A model generated the notes under the pieces. The model saw only the letters and a list, made by a program, of their open reading frames with translations, did not search any database and was not told the origin of the DNA. The position numbers and the translations under genes are program-made. Shown here piece by piece: positions 16,880-26,133 of a stretch of 64,000 nt of DNA. Positions within the stretch are counted from its first letter, which is position 1; the number at the start of each line of letters is the position of its first letter. The stretch comes from a bacterium (GTDB lineage Bacteria; Patescibacteriota; JABMPQ01; JBDRIV01), in contig JBDRIV010000002.1 of assembly GCA_043815505.1 (NCBI GenBank), positions 502,943 to 566,942 on the forward strand, given 5' to 3'.

Positions 16880-17371
16880 ATGCCTGAACAGCTATGTTTT
16901 CATGATTCTGAACTTACAATTAATAAAAAGCCATTTGGAATCAAAACACTTTTTGGATCAAGAATTATTTCTTTCAAACTTGAATGCAGGCACGATGTAC
17001 CTATTGTAATTGCAAAGGTAGCTGAATTTATGAATCCTAGTGGAGACATTAAGAAAGAGCTTAAAAAGGCTAGAGCTCTGTCTCGTTTTTTCAGAAAGGA
17101 AGAGGCGAGATACCTTAGTGCTGGTCTTGAAACTGAATATGATGATGAAATTGATAGACTGCGTCAACAGGTTGCCAGCATAACCAAAACTGAATTAGCA
17201 GGAGTTCATTCAGAATATCCAAGGCATAACCGAATATATGGCCATTTGTATGGACAACTGCTCGGAAGAAAAAGAAAAGAACTTATAGCCAGATTGATTT
17301 CCGAAGGCAGAATCAAATATAGCCTTGAAGAACTCAAGTCTGTAAAACTCGTTCGCACCCAAGATTTCTAG
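16880..17371 (+). CDS. 163-aa hypothetical protein
   Basis: TTGACA (16806) and TATAAT (16827) promoter elements, AAGGGGGT SD, terminator overlapping the stop. Confidence 0.7.
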   Translation: MPEQLCFHDSELTINKKPFGIKTLFGSRIISFKLECRHDVPIVIAKVAEFMNPSGDIKKELKKARALSRFFRKEEARYLSAGLETEYDDEIDRLRQQVASITKTELAGVHSEYPRHNRIYGHLYGQLLGRKRKELIARLISEGRIKYSLEELKSVKLVRTQDF

Positions 17372-17385
17372 GGTGCTTTTTTTTA
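17355..17385 (+). terminator. Intrinsic terminator
   Basis: GCACCC-N10-GGGTGC then T8. Confidence 0.7.
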
Positions 17386-18306
17386 TTTCAAGGGAGTTGC
17401 TAATTCAACTCTTTTAGAATCCCTGGCAATGGCAATCATAGACAAAACTAAAACGATAGCACCCAACCACTGGGTTGAGGTTAGAGTTTCATTTAAGAAA
17501 AAAGTACCCACTAAAACTGCTGAAACTGGCCAAGCTAATTCTAAAAATGTAGAACGTGAAGCTGGAACCCTTTGCAAACCAAAATAGTAAACTGCTAGGG
17601 CAACAAGTCCTGTGGAAAAAACAATAGCTAAAATATACATCCATTGATTTGGATTTACATTTGTGATTTGATCAGTTTGACCAAGAAAGGGTAAAAACAG
17701 AAAGGCAAAGATTGGCGTAATACCAAATCTTATAGCTGTAATTTGCAAAAAGCTGGTGCCTTTCAAAGCATATTTTGAATAAGCGGTAGAAATTCCCCAA
17801 GCCGCAGCAGCTCCTAAAGCAAACAAAATTGCATAAACCGTTTCTTTCCCAGTAGCAAAATTAACTTTGAGATCAGGAAAGGAAACAAAGTAAGCTGCCA
17901 CCAAGGCTAGAGGAGCAGCTGTTATAAAATATTTAGTTATTGGTTCCCGCAATAAAAAGAAAGCTGCCAGCACTGCAAACAGAGGTTGTAATTGTTGTAA
18001 TAAAACTACAACTGAGAAAGGAATAAAATTAACTTTCATTAAAGCAGTGGTATAAAATACTGTTCCCAATGCTCCAGAAAGTAAGGAAACCAGAGCAATG
18101 GCGCCCCATTGTTTACCTGAAAGTTTTTTAAAATTCTTACCGACAAATAAAACTATCGGCAACAAAAACATAAAACCAAGCAAATGCTCCCAAAAAACAA
18201 CCACTGTACTTGGCAAATCAAAAAGCTGCCTTCTTAAAAGTCCGTCCATACTCCATAGAACGGCCGCTAAGACAACAGCAACAGCACCAAAGTTTTTATA
18301 CTTCAT
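17383..18306 (-). CDS. EamA/DMT transporter, probable riboflavin importer (ImpX/RibN-like)
   Basis: 10-TM DMT pattern (LREP, FLNETL); GAAAGGA SD before ATG 18306; downstream of an FMN-like riboswitch. Confidence 0.85.
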   Translation of the reverse strand: MKYKNFGAVAVVLAAVLWSMDGLLRRQLFDLPSTVVVFWEHLLGFMFLLPIVLFVGKNFKKLSGKQWGAIALVSLLSGALGTVFYTTALMKVNFIPFSVVVLLQQLQPLFAVLAAFFLLREPITKYFITAAPLALVAAYFVSFPDLKVNFATGKETVYAILFALGAAAAWGISTAYSKYALKGTSFLQITAIRFGITPIFAFLFLPFLGQTDQITNVNPNQWMYILAIVFSTGLVALAVYYFGLQRVPASRSTFLELAWPVSAVLVGTFFLNETLTSTQWLGAIVLVLSMIAIARDSKRVELATPLK

Positions 18307-18339
18307 TATATTCCTTTCAATTACTAAATGTAATTTCAG

Positions 18340-18474
18340 CAAATAAGCTGATCCCGACTATACGGTCGGCTGAGGAATTTCACCTCATCAGCCCAGCTCC
18401 AGTTTTAAACAAACTGGGTCTGGGGTAGACGGCTGTAACGTCCGATTGGCGAATTGCACGCCACCCTAGATTTG
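18340..18474 (-). ncRNA. FMN (RFN) riboswitch, divergent
   Basis: Minus strand AGGGTGGC-GTGCAATTC-GCC...GAGGTGAAATTCCTC-AGCCGACCGTATAGTCGGGAT matches RFN architecture; promoter TTGACA-N16-TAGTAT at 18509-18482. Confidence 0.85.
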
Positions 18475-18545
18475 TAAAATAATACTAGCATATAAGCTTC
18501 TACTGTCAACTAGAAGTTTTATCCAAAATTTGCTATAATTTTTAT

Positions 18546-19325
18546 ATGTCTGAATACTATAATGCCAAAAGGCAAAGAAACTTATACGATCCTGAAGAGA
18601 AAAGACCATTTAGAATTAGTCGATCAAAAATCGACTTATTTTTGGCTTGCCCACGTTGCTTTTATTTGGATAGAAGACTAGGAACTGATAGACCTCCTGG
18701 GTATCCTTTTGCTCTTAATTCAGCGATTGACTTTTTACTAAAAAAGGAATTTGATGTTCATCGTGCCAAAAAGGAAACTCATCCTTTAATGAAAGAGTAT
18801 GGAATTGATGCCATTCCCTACGATCATGAAAAAATGAATGAGTGGAGAGAAAATTTTAAGGGCGTACAATATTTTGATGAACAAAATAACTTTTATATAA
18901 CAGGTGCAATTGATGATTTATGGATTAACCCTAAAGGTGAAACCCATGTAGTAGATTATAAATCCACTGCCAAGGAAGCAGAAGTTAATATTGATGCATC
19001 GTGGCAAATTAGTTACAAAAGACAAATGGAAGTTTATCAGTGGTTGCTGCGAAAAAATGGTCTTAAAGTTTCTAATACCGGATACTTTGTTTATGCCAAT
19101 GGCATAACCGACAAAAAAGCTTTTGATGCCAAATTAGAATTTGATATTAAAATAATTCCATACGATGGTGACGATAAATGGATTGAACCAACGTTAAAAG
19201 ATATGAAAAAATATTTGGATGCTAAAAAGATTCCTGCAGCTTCTCGCGATTGTGATTTTTGTAATTATCGCTCGGCTGCCTATGATTTAGAACATAAAAA
19301 AGGTGAGCAGTCTTCCTTATTTTAA
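18546..19325 (+). CDS. PD-(D/E)XK nuclease (AddB/Cas4-like, stand-alone)
   Basis: SRSKIDLFLACPRCFY, GAIDD, VVDYKST, QMEVY, CDFC; leaderless after TGcTATAAT at 18531-18539. Confidence 0.85.
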   Translation: MSEYYNAKRQRNLYDPEEKRPFRISRSKIDLFLACPRCFYLDRRLGTDRPPGYPFALNSAIDFLLKKEFDVHRAKKETHPLMKEYGIDAIPYDHEKMNEWRENFKGVQYFDEQNNFYITGAIDDLWINPKGETHVVDYKSTAKEAEVNIDASWQISYKRQMEVYQWLLRKNGLKVSNTGYFVYANGITDKKAFDAKLEFDIKIIPYDGDDKWIEPTLKDMKKYLDAKKIPAASRDCDFCNYRSAAYDLEHKKGEQSSLF

Positions 19326-19340
19326 TATAAATAAAATATT

Positions 19341-19592
19341 ATGAAAAAATGGAAATTAATTATTGTTTCGACAATAATTGTTTTTATATTAGCTATTGCT
19401 TTATGGCTTACTTGGGGTTGGTGGGAACTTTTAATTGAAGATGAAACAAATATCATATCAGTCGAACCAGCGCTGGAAAATAATTTTGGCTTTTTAATTA
19501 GTTATAAGGAATTCTCTCTGGAAATAAATGAAAAATTAAATCCTAACAAACCACTTGATGCTTATAATTTAATATTTAGTAAATATGAATAA
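19341..19592 (+). CDS. Small membrane hypothetical protein
   Basis: N-terminal TM; stop overlaps the next start. Confidence 0.5.
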   Translation: MKKWKLIIVSTIIVFILAIALWLTWGWWELLIEDETNIISVEPALENNFGFLISYKEFSLEINEKLNPNKPLDAYNLIFSKYE

Positions 19593-20166
19593 CAAATCGC
19601 TAGCTAATTTTCTGTTTGAAATAGGAATTCTTTCTAAAACTCCCCGAAGCGGATTTCATCTATTGGGGAGCGGGGAACAATCGGTGGCCGAGCACGTTCA
19701 CCGGACCGTCTATTCAGGTTATGTACTGGCAATGATGGAAGGAAACGTGAATATTGAGAAGGTTTTGAAAATGTGTTTATTCCATGATCTAGCTGAAGGC
19801 AGAACGAGTGATCTAAATTATGTTCATCAACAATATGCTAAAGCAGACGAAATGGAAGCGGCCAGAGATATAGCCAAAGAACTTGATTTTGGTGATGATA
19901 TTATAGAAATCTTAAATGAGTATAAAGAACGAAAAACAATTGAATCTAAAATCGCTAAAGATGCAGATAATATTGAGTGGTTACTTTCTTTAAAAGAGCA
20001 AGTTGATATTGGTAATAAAAGAGCTGAAACCTGGTTACCGTCAGCTGAAAAAAGACTCAAAACAGATTCCGCCAAAGAACTGGCCAAGAAAATAATTGCT
20101 ACTGCGTCTGACGATTGGTGGTTTTCTGACAAGGAATCAGATTGGTGGGTAAACAGGAAGAAATAA
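19585..20166 (+). CDS. HD-domain hydrolase (YfbR/HDDC2-like 5'-deoxynucleotidase)
   Basis: PRSG, SVAEH, LFHDLAE..TSD, AKDAD. Confidence 0.88.
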   Translation: MNNKSLANFLFEIGILSKTPRSGFHLLGSGEQSVAEHVHRTVYSGYVLAMMEGNVNIEKVLKMCLFHDLAEGRTSDLNYVHQQYAKADEMEAARDIAKELDFGDDIIEILNEYKERKTIESKIAKDADNIEWLLSLKEQVDIGNKRAETWLPSAEKRLKTDSAKELAKKIIATASDDWWFSDKESDWWVNRKK

Positions 20167-20184
20167 TATTATCTACATCTACTA

Positions 20185-20241
20185 TTGACAACGATTACTA
20201 ATATGTTAATATTTATATATTAAGTAATTCTTAAATGTATA
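20185..20241 (+). promoter_or_regulatory. Promoter with ArsR/SmtB-type operator
   Basis: TTGACA-N16-TAATAT followed by inverted repeat TTAAG-N5-CTTAA (20220-20234) with AT flanks. Confidence 0.6.
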
Positions 20242-20567
20242 AATATATGATTACGGATAAAGAATTGGCTATCATAAAAGAGAAAATAAATAAATCTAAT
20301 GATAGAATAACGATATTATTTCATACCTTAGGTGATCCCTGTCGGATGAAAATATTCAAAACTTTGTTAACTAGACACGACCTGTGTGTAGGCGACATCG
20401 CTAGACTTTGTAATGTTAGTCCTTCAGCGGCTTCACAACAACTGCGTATTATGGAAATGTCTGGTATTGTAAAAAGAGAAAGAATTAAACAAATGGTTTG
20501 TTACCATGTTACAAGTAGTGATAGTAATATAAAAAATATTGCTACGCTGGTTAAAAAATATCTATAA
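20235..20567 (+). CDS. ArsR/SmtB family repressor (start may be 20247)
   Basis: FHTLGDPCRMKI, LCVGDIA, SAASQQLR..GIVKRER. Confidence 0.9.
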   Translation: MYKYMITDKELAIIKEKINKSNDRITILFHTLGDPCRMKIFKTLLTRHDLCVGDIARLCNVSPSAASQQLRIMEMSGIVKRERIKQMVCYHVTSSDSNIKNIATLVKKYL

Positions 20568-20580
20568 TTAATAATTGCAA

Positions 20581-20814
20581 ATGAATAGTGTAATAATTTA
20601 CACCACTCCAACTTGTGGTTATTGCAAACTGGCTAAAGAATTTTTCAAGGACAACAGTGTTGAATACGAAGAAAAAGATGTTGCTACTGATAGAGAAGCT
20701 GCTGAAGAAATGGTTAAGAAATCTGGTCAAATGGGAGTTCCGGTAATTGATGTTAACGGAGAACTTATTGTTGGTTTCGACAAAGCCAAGTTGGCAGAGT
20801 TGTTGAAGATTTAA
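20581..20814 (+). CDS. Glutaredoxin/NrdH-like redoxin
   Basis: YTTPTCGYC, SGQMGVPVI, IVGFD. Confidence 0.93.
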   Translation: MNSVIIYTTPTCGYCKLAKEFFKDNSVEYEEKDVATDREAAEEMVKKSGQMGVPVIDVNGELIVGFDKAKLAELLKI

Positions 20815-20819
20815 AAGAC

Positions 20820-20846
20820 AGCCCGTTTTAATTGACGGGCTTCTTT
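20820..20846 (+). terminator. Intrinsic terminator
   Basis: AGCCCGT-N8-ACGGGCT then TCTTT. Confidence 0.55.
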
Positions 20847-20861
20847 ATAATAAACAAAAAC

Positions 20862-21509
20862 ATGAATACAAAATTTAAACTATGGTTTAATAGCATTATT
20901 TTTAGTGTTTTCACTTTTATAGTGGCTATTTTTTATCATTTAGTAAGTAATAATACTAGCAATATAAATCTTTTGTTGATTAATAGAGCGTTAGGGGATT
21001 CGGCTATTGTTATTGTATCCATTTCTTTAGCTTTTAGTTGCCTAGCATACTTTTGGAATTTTGTGGACAAACAAATTATATATAGAAAGCATTTAGGTTT
21101 GGTGGGATTTAATCTGGCTTTATTACACGGGACAATTTCTTTATTTTTTTTACCCAATAATTTTGAGTTTTTAAATTACTATTTGGCTCCTGGTAATAGA
21201 TTGCCATTTATATTGGCCCTAATTTCCTTATTGATTTTAATGACCATGACACTGGCTTCCAATAATCCATCCATCAAATCGATGGGAGCAAAAAAATGGA
21301 AAATTCTGATGCGCTTTGGTTTTGTGGCCTTACTTTTCGCTCTGACTCACTTTACTTTAAAAAAATATTCAAGTTGGTTTGAATGGAATTTTTCTGATCA
21401 TAATTATCTACCTCCACTTAGTTTAATTGTCTTTGTTTTGGGTTTATTTTCATTACTATTGCGAATATCTTTATATTTTAATAAAATAAATAAAGAAAAA
21501 AAACATTGA
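20862..21509 (+). CDS. Ferric-reductase-like / MsrQ-like heme membrane protein
   Basis: YRKHLGL, LLHG, TLASNN..IKSMG.KKWK.L, LTH. Confidence 0.75.
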   Translation: MNTKFKLWFNSIIFSVFTFIVAIFYHLVSNNTSNINLLLINRALGDSAIVIVSISLAFSCLAYFWNFVDKQIIYRKHLGLVGFNLALLHGTISLFFLPNNFEFLNYYLAPGNRLPFILALISLLILMTMTLASNNPSIKSMGAKKWKILMRFGFVALLFALTHFTLKKYSSWFEWNFSDHNYLPPLSLIVFVLGLFSLLLRISLYFNKINKEKKH

Positions 21510-21562
21510 CTGATATTCCTTATTATGTTATAATATCTCTAGATAAAAACAAAAATTAAACA

Positions 21563-22951
21563 ATGACAAATAAACGACTATTTCTTAGTATTATAGCGAT
21601 TTTATGTGTGTTTCTAGCGCCAAATTTGGCCCTAGGAAGCGATTTTCACGTTCCACAAGTGAAAGTATATAATTCACGCAATTTGAATATTGACGTGGAT
21701 TTTTTAGCTTTTGACGAAAATTTTGGTGGCGGTGGAAGAATCGCTTTAGGTGATTTTGATGGTAATGGTTATGACGAAATTTTGGTTGGCTCTGGTAGGG
21801 GAAGTTCTCATGTTAGAGTTTTCGATAAGCTGGGAAATCCCACTCAATTTTCAATATTTCCTTTTCATCCTGATTTTAAAGGTGGAGTGGATGTGGCCGC
21901 TGGTGATGTAGATGGAGATGGCGCTGACGAAATTATTTTATCACAATTATCTGGAGGTCAAGCTTGGATAAAAGTTTATGACTATAATGGTTATATAAAA
22001 TCAAATTTCTTGGCTTTTAATGAAGATTTTCATGGTGGTGCTTATGTAGCTGCTGGTGATGTAACTGGAGACGGCATTGCCGAAATAATTGTGGGGGCAG
22101 GTTTAACTGGAAATAAAGTTAAAGTTTTTGATGGTATTGGCAATGATTTAAAATATGATTTATATCCATATGGTTATAGTTATCAGGGCGGTGTCGATGT
22201 GGCTGTGGCTGATATGGATTATGGTAAGAAGGCAGAAATTGTTACTTCAGTAGCAGCGGCTGGACAAGCTAGAATCAAGGTTTACAAATATAATGGTTTG
22301 CGAACAATTATTGGAGAATTTTTAGCCTATGGTGAAGATCATCAAGATGGATCATTTATAACAGCTCTTGATATTGATAAAGATGAAATTGCCGAAATTG
22401 TAACGGGAGTTGCTAATAGTGGCGGACCTCATGTTCGAGCTTTTGAATTTTGGGGACAGCCTTTAAACATTAGTTTTCATGCCTTGGCTTCTGATTTTCG
22501 AGGTGGATTAGATGTAACATTGGGTGATTTGGATGGAGGCGATGCTAAAGAATTATTAGTTATTCCCAGTGCCTATGAAAAAAGAGGTAGAACCGATTTA
22601 GATAAATATATCGAAGTTGATTTATCGGAACAAAAATTATATGCTTACGAAAAAGGAGTCTTGTATAAAGAATATTTAATTTCTTCCGGCCTACCCGGAA
22701 CACCTTCACCTCAAGGAGAGTTTGCTGTTACTCGCCATCAAGAATCTAAATTGTATTCTGGCCCAGGTTTTTATCTACCAAACACTTTATGGAATATGAA
22801 TTTCTATGGACCGTATTATATTCACGGAGCCTACTGGCATAATAATTTTGGTCATCCAATGAGTCATGGTTGTATAAATATGCGTACAGAGGAAGCCAAA
22901 ATAATGTATGATTTTGCACCTGATGGTACCAAGGTAATAATCCACGAATAA
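21563..22951 (+). CDS. Secreted L,D-transpeptidase (YkuD) with FG-GAP repeats
   Basis: Signal peptide; about six GDxDGDGxxEI repeats; IEVDLSEQ, IHGAYWH...SHGCINM. Confidence 0.9.
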   Translation: MTNKRLFLSIIAILCVFLAPNLALGSDFHVPQVKVYNSRNLNIDVDFLAFDENFGGGGRIALGDFDGNGYDEILVGSGRGSSHVRVFDKLGNPTQFSIFPFHPDFKGGVDVAAGDVDGDGADEIILSQLSGGQAWIKVYDYNGYIKSNFLAFNEDFHGGAYVAAGDVTGDGIAEIIVGAGLTGNKVKVFDGIGNDLKYDLYPYGYSYQGGVDVAVADMDYGKKAEIVTSVAAAGQARIKVYKYNGLRTIIGEFLAYGEDHQDGSFITALDIDKDEIAEIVTGVANSGGPHVRAFEFWGQPLNISFHALASDFRGGLDVTLGDLDGGDAKELLVIPSAYEKRGRTDLDKYIEVDLSEQKLYAYEKGVLYKEYLISSGLPGTPSPQGEFAVTRHQESKLYSGPGFYLPNTLWNMNFYGPYYIHGAYWHNNFGHPMSHGCINMRTEEAKIMYDFAPDGTKVIIHE

Positions 22952-22964
22952 TATTTGTTAAAAT

Positions 22965-22992
22965 AAGACCGCATAATATAAGCGGTTTTTTT
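22965..22992 (+). terminator. Intrinsic terminator
   Basis: AAGACCGC-N9-GCGGTTTTTTT. Confidence 0.7.
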
Positions 22993-23063
22993 GTATTTGT
23001 TTATGGTATTGTAATTTAATGTAGAATTATTTATAATAAACAAGTTAATTAAATTTCAAATAT

Positions 23064-24320
23064 ATGAAATACGATGTTAAATCTCTAAAACTTGCCAGCG
23101 AAGGCAAAAAAAGAATTGAATGGGCAAATCGTTCTATGCCCGTTTTGCAATTAATTCAAGAACGATTTAAAAAAGAAAAACCTTTGGCGGGTGTTCGTGT
23201 GAGTGCTTGTTTGCATGTTACCACCGAAACTGCCAACTTAATGAAGACCTTAAAAGCTGGTGGGGCTGAAGTTGCTTTGTGTGCTTCTAATCCACTTTCT
23301 ACTCAAGATGATGTGGCTGCCTCCCTTGTTAAAGACGAAAAGATTTCAACCTTTGCCATCAAAAGTGAAAATAAACAACAATATTATAAGCACCTAAATT
23401 CTGTCCTTGCTATTAAACCTCATGTCACAATGGATGATGGCGCTGATTTAGTTTCTGCACTGCATGGCAAGAAAAAGAATTTAGCTAAAGGTTTATTTGG
23501 TTCAACCGAAGAAACCACTACAGGTGTTATTCGTTTAAAATCTTTAGCCAAAGAAGGCAAGCTCAATTTTCCTGTTATTGCTGTTAATGATGCTTTAACC
23601 AAACATTTATTTGATAATCGTTATGGCACTGGACAAAGTACAATTGACGGTATTATTCGTGCCACCAATGTTTTGTTGGCTGGAAAGAATGTTGTTGTGG
23701 CTGGATATGGTTGGTGTGGACGCGGTGTCGCTATGCGAGCACAGGGACTGGGCGCTAAAGTAATTATCACAGAAATTGATCCCGTGAAAGCTATCGAAGC
23801 CACTATGGATGGTTTTGCTGTAATGTCTATGGAAAAAGCCTGTAAAATCGGTGATGTATTTGTAACTCTAACTGGTAATCGGGACATTTTGGATAAACAT
23901 CATTTTAAAGCCATGAAAGATGGAGCAATCATATGCAATTCCGGTCACTTTGATATAGAAATTAATGTAAAAGCCTTACAAAAAATGGCTAAACTGAGAA
24001 AGGAAATTCGACCTTTTAATGTTGAATATACTTTATCTGGAGGAAAAAGAATTATTCTTTTAGCAGAGGGTCGTTTAATAAATTTGGCCTCAGCTGAAGG
24101 ACATCCCGCTGCTGTAATGGACATGAGTTTTGCTGGGCAAGCACTTTCCTGTGAATATATGGTAAAGAATCATAAGCAATTAAAAAATGAAGTCTACACT
24201 GTACCGGAACACTTAGACAAAAATATTGCTAAATTAAAACTCAAATCTATGGGAATTGGAATTGATAAACTAACACTGCTACAGAAGAAGTATCTTAATT
24301 CCTGGGACATTGGAACTTAA
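23064..24320 (+). CDS. ahcY: Adenosylhomocysteinase
   Basis: [55 protein letters not shown]. Confidence 0.97.
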   Translation: MKYDVKSLKLASEGKKRIEWANRSMPVLQLIQERFKKEKPLAGVRVSACLHVTTETANLMKTLKAGGAEVALCASNPLSTQDDVAASLVKDEKISTFAIKSENKQQYYKHLNSVLAIKPHVTMDDGADLVSALHGKKKNLAKGLFGSTEETTTGVIRLKSLAKEGKLNFPVIAVNDALTKHLFDNRYGTGQSTIDGIIRATNVLLAGKNVVVAGYGWCGRGVAMRAQGLGAKVIITEIDPVKAIEATMDGFAVMSMEKACKIGDVFVTLTGNRDILDKHHFKAMKDGAIICNSGHFDIEINVKALQKMAKLRKEIRPFNVEYTLSGGKRIILLAEGRLINLASAEGHPAAVMDMSFAGQALSCEYMVKNHKQLKNEVYTVPEHLDKNIAKLKLKSMGIGIDKLTLLQKKYLNSWDIGT

Positions 24321-24327
24321 TACAAAT

Positions 24328-24358
24328 AAAAAAGGCGCTTCGCCAGAAGCGCTTTTTT
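24328..24358. terminator. Bidirectional terminator
   Basis: AAAAAA-GGCGCTTC GCCA GAAGCGC-TTTTTT between convergent genes. Confidence 0.8.
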
Positions 24359-24374
24359 GATTAACAAATATTAA

Positions 24375-25187
24375 CTAAAATCCAGCGTCAATCCAAGCTT
24401 CGATACCACCGGTGAGAATTTTTATATTCTTATATTCCTGTCTAATCATTTCCTGAGCAGCTAAACGAGATTTTAATCCCATTTCGTCATAGATAATTAC
24501 CTCAACATTTTTACTTTGCACATTGGCAGATAATGTACTGGAAAAATCTATGAAAGGAATGTTAATCGCTCCGGGGATTTTGAAGTAATCATAAGCAGTT
24601 TTTTCTCTAATATCGATAATAACTAAACTTTTGTTTGTCTTTAGTAATTGATTTAATTCTGTGGTCGTAATTTCTGCAATCGCAGTATGTTCCACACTTG
24701 CAGTTCCTTCTAAATCATAGCCGTTGTTGTTCCATTCGGTAACACCATCAGGAATTAAATAAGCGTTTTCCCAAGCTAGCTCATTAAGTTTTTGATCGGC
24801 CACTATGCACTCTAAACTATTACAAATAAAGGCATAAGTGTCATAATTTTCAGCTTCTTCTTGAAGTTCAATTGAGGCTAAATCGGAGTTTATAGAACCA
24901 GGAATATGCAATTCTTCATAATCCGATGCCGAACGTAAGTCAATAACAAATATACTTTCGTTATTATCTAGTTTGTTTTTTAGTTCTTGCGAAGTCATTA
25001 CACCCACAATTGATCCCACGACAGTATCATCGGGATTAATTAACTCTTTAGGTTTAGTGTGAGTAATTAAAGTAGATCTATTTCCAATTGGTAAAAAATA
25101 GGAAACATATAATACACCAGCCACAATTGCTAAAATAACAAATCCGCTAAAAATCATTAAGTTAGTTTTTTTGTCGTAATTATCCAT
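24375..25187 (-). CDS. Membrane-anchored tandem rhodanese-domain protein
   Basis: N-terminal TM; two IDxR...(H/K)IPG(S/A)IN...GxxxW domains. Confidence 0.85.
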   Translation of the reverse strand: MDNYDKKTNLMIFSGFVILAIVAGVLYVSYFLPIGNRSTLITHTKPKELINPDDTVVGSIVGVMTSQELKNKLDNNESIFVIDLRSASDYEELHIPGSINSDLASIELQEEAENYDTYAFICNSLECIVADQKLNELAWENAYLIPDGVTEWNNNGYDLEGTASVEHTAIAEITTTELNQLLKTNKSLVIIDIREKTAYDYFKIPGAINIPFIDFSSTLSANVQSKNVEVIIYDEMGLKSRLAAQEMIRQEYKNIKILTGGIEAWIDAGF

Positions 25188-26133
25188 TGGTGAGATTTAA
25201 TATTTTATTTTTCAAAAATCCGTTAATGAATTCAGTAGAATTCATTTCCTTTTTACCTTCTAATTTTAGCTTATAAGCAACAAGTTGTCCATTATTACAG
25301 CCAATTACAATTTGACTGTTTTGAACTTTAATTTGACCAGCTTCTAAATTGCTTATATTGCTAGCTTTTACCTCAATAATTTCCAATTTTTTGTTTTCAA
25401 AATAAGTAAAAGATTTGGGAAATATTTGATAAGCCTTTATTTGCTGATAAATTTTATCAGCTGATTTGGTCCAGTCTATTAAACCATCAGCTTTTTCCAA
25501 TTTCTTTGTAAGCGTAGCTTCCTTTTCATCTTGTTTTTGTAATTCAATTTTTCCTTCAATATAATTTGGTAAAACATTTACCAATTCCTTAGCCCCTGTT
25601 TCTGATAACTTTTTGGACAAAGAAATAAAATCATCTGTGGTTGTAATTTCAATTTCTGCTTGCGAAATTATATCTCCCGTATCAACTCCTGCATCCATTT
25701 TCATAATAGTAATACCAGTTTTTAACTCCCCATTTTTAATCGCTTCTTGAATAGGCGAAGAACCGCGATATTTAGGTAGCAATGAAGCGTGGACATTAAC
25801 ACATCCATACTGAGGATAATTTAGAGTTTCTGCTGGCAAAATAAATCCAAAAGCACAAACAATTATTATATCTGGATTTATTTTATTTAAATAATTATTC
25901 CAGCTATTATTTTTTAAATTTTCAGGTTGAAATATTTTTAAATTATTTTTGTTAGCAATATTTTTAATCGGTGGGGGAGTTATGTCTTGCTTACGACCAA
26001 CTTTTTTATCTTTTTGTGTTACCACAGAAACTATGTTCAACTTGTTATTTAATAAAGATTCTAAAACGGGTACAGCAAATTCTGGTGTACCCATAAACAT
26101 TATTTTACAATCTTCTTTATTTATTTTTGTCAC
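25180..26133 (-). CDS. fmt: Methionyl-tRNA formyltransferase
   Basis: FMGTPEFA, NVHASLLPKYRGSSPI, MDAGVDTG. Confidence 0.96.
   Translation of the reverse strand: MTKINKEDCKIMFMGTPEFAVPVLESLLNNKLNIVSVVTQKDKKVGRKQDITPPPIKNIANKNNLKIFQPENLKNNSWNNYLNKINPDIIIVCAFGFILPAETLNYPQYGCVNVHASLLPKYRGSSPIQEAIKNGELKTGITIMKMDAGVDTGDIISQAEIEITTTDDFISLSKKLSETGAKELVNVLPNYIEGKIELQKQDEKEATLTKKLEKADGLIDWTKSADKIYQQIKAYQIFPKSFTYFENKKLEIIEVKASNISNLEAGQIKVQNSQIVIGCNNGQLVAYKLKLEGKKEMNSTEFINGFLKNKILNLTNG

Noticed and set aside
12930-17385. Integron cassette array or prophage
   Set aside because: No integrase or phage genes; I could not find RYYYAAC/GTTRRRY ends on the hairpins; the units carry their own promoters
18098-18428. 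Plus-strand ORFs of 82 and 72 aa
   Set aside because: Antisense to the DMT gene and riboswitch, with no initiation signals
18546-19325. cas4 of a CRISPR-Cas system
   Set aside because: No cas1/cas2 or array nearby, and the Cys spacing differs; treated as a solo PD-(D/E)XK nuclease
19341-19592. Truncated sortase
   Set aside because: Only a vague resemblance; no His/Cys/Arg catalytic motifs
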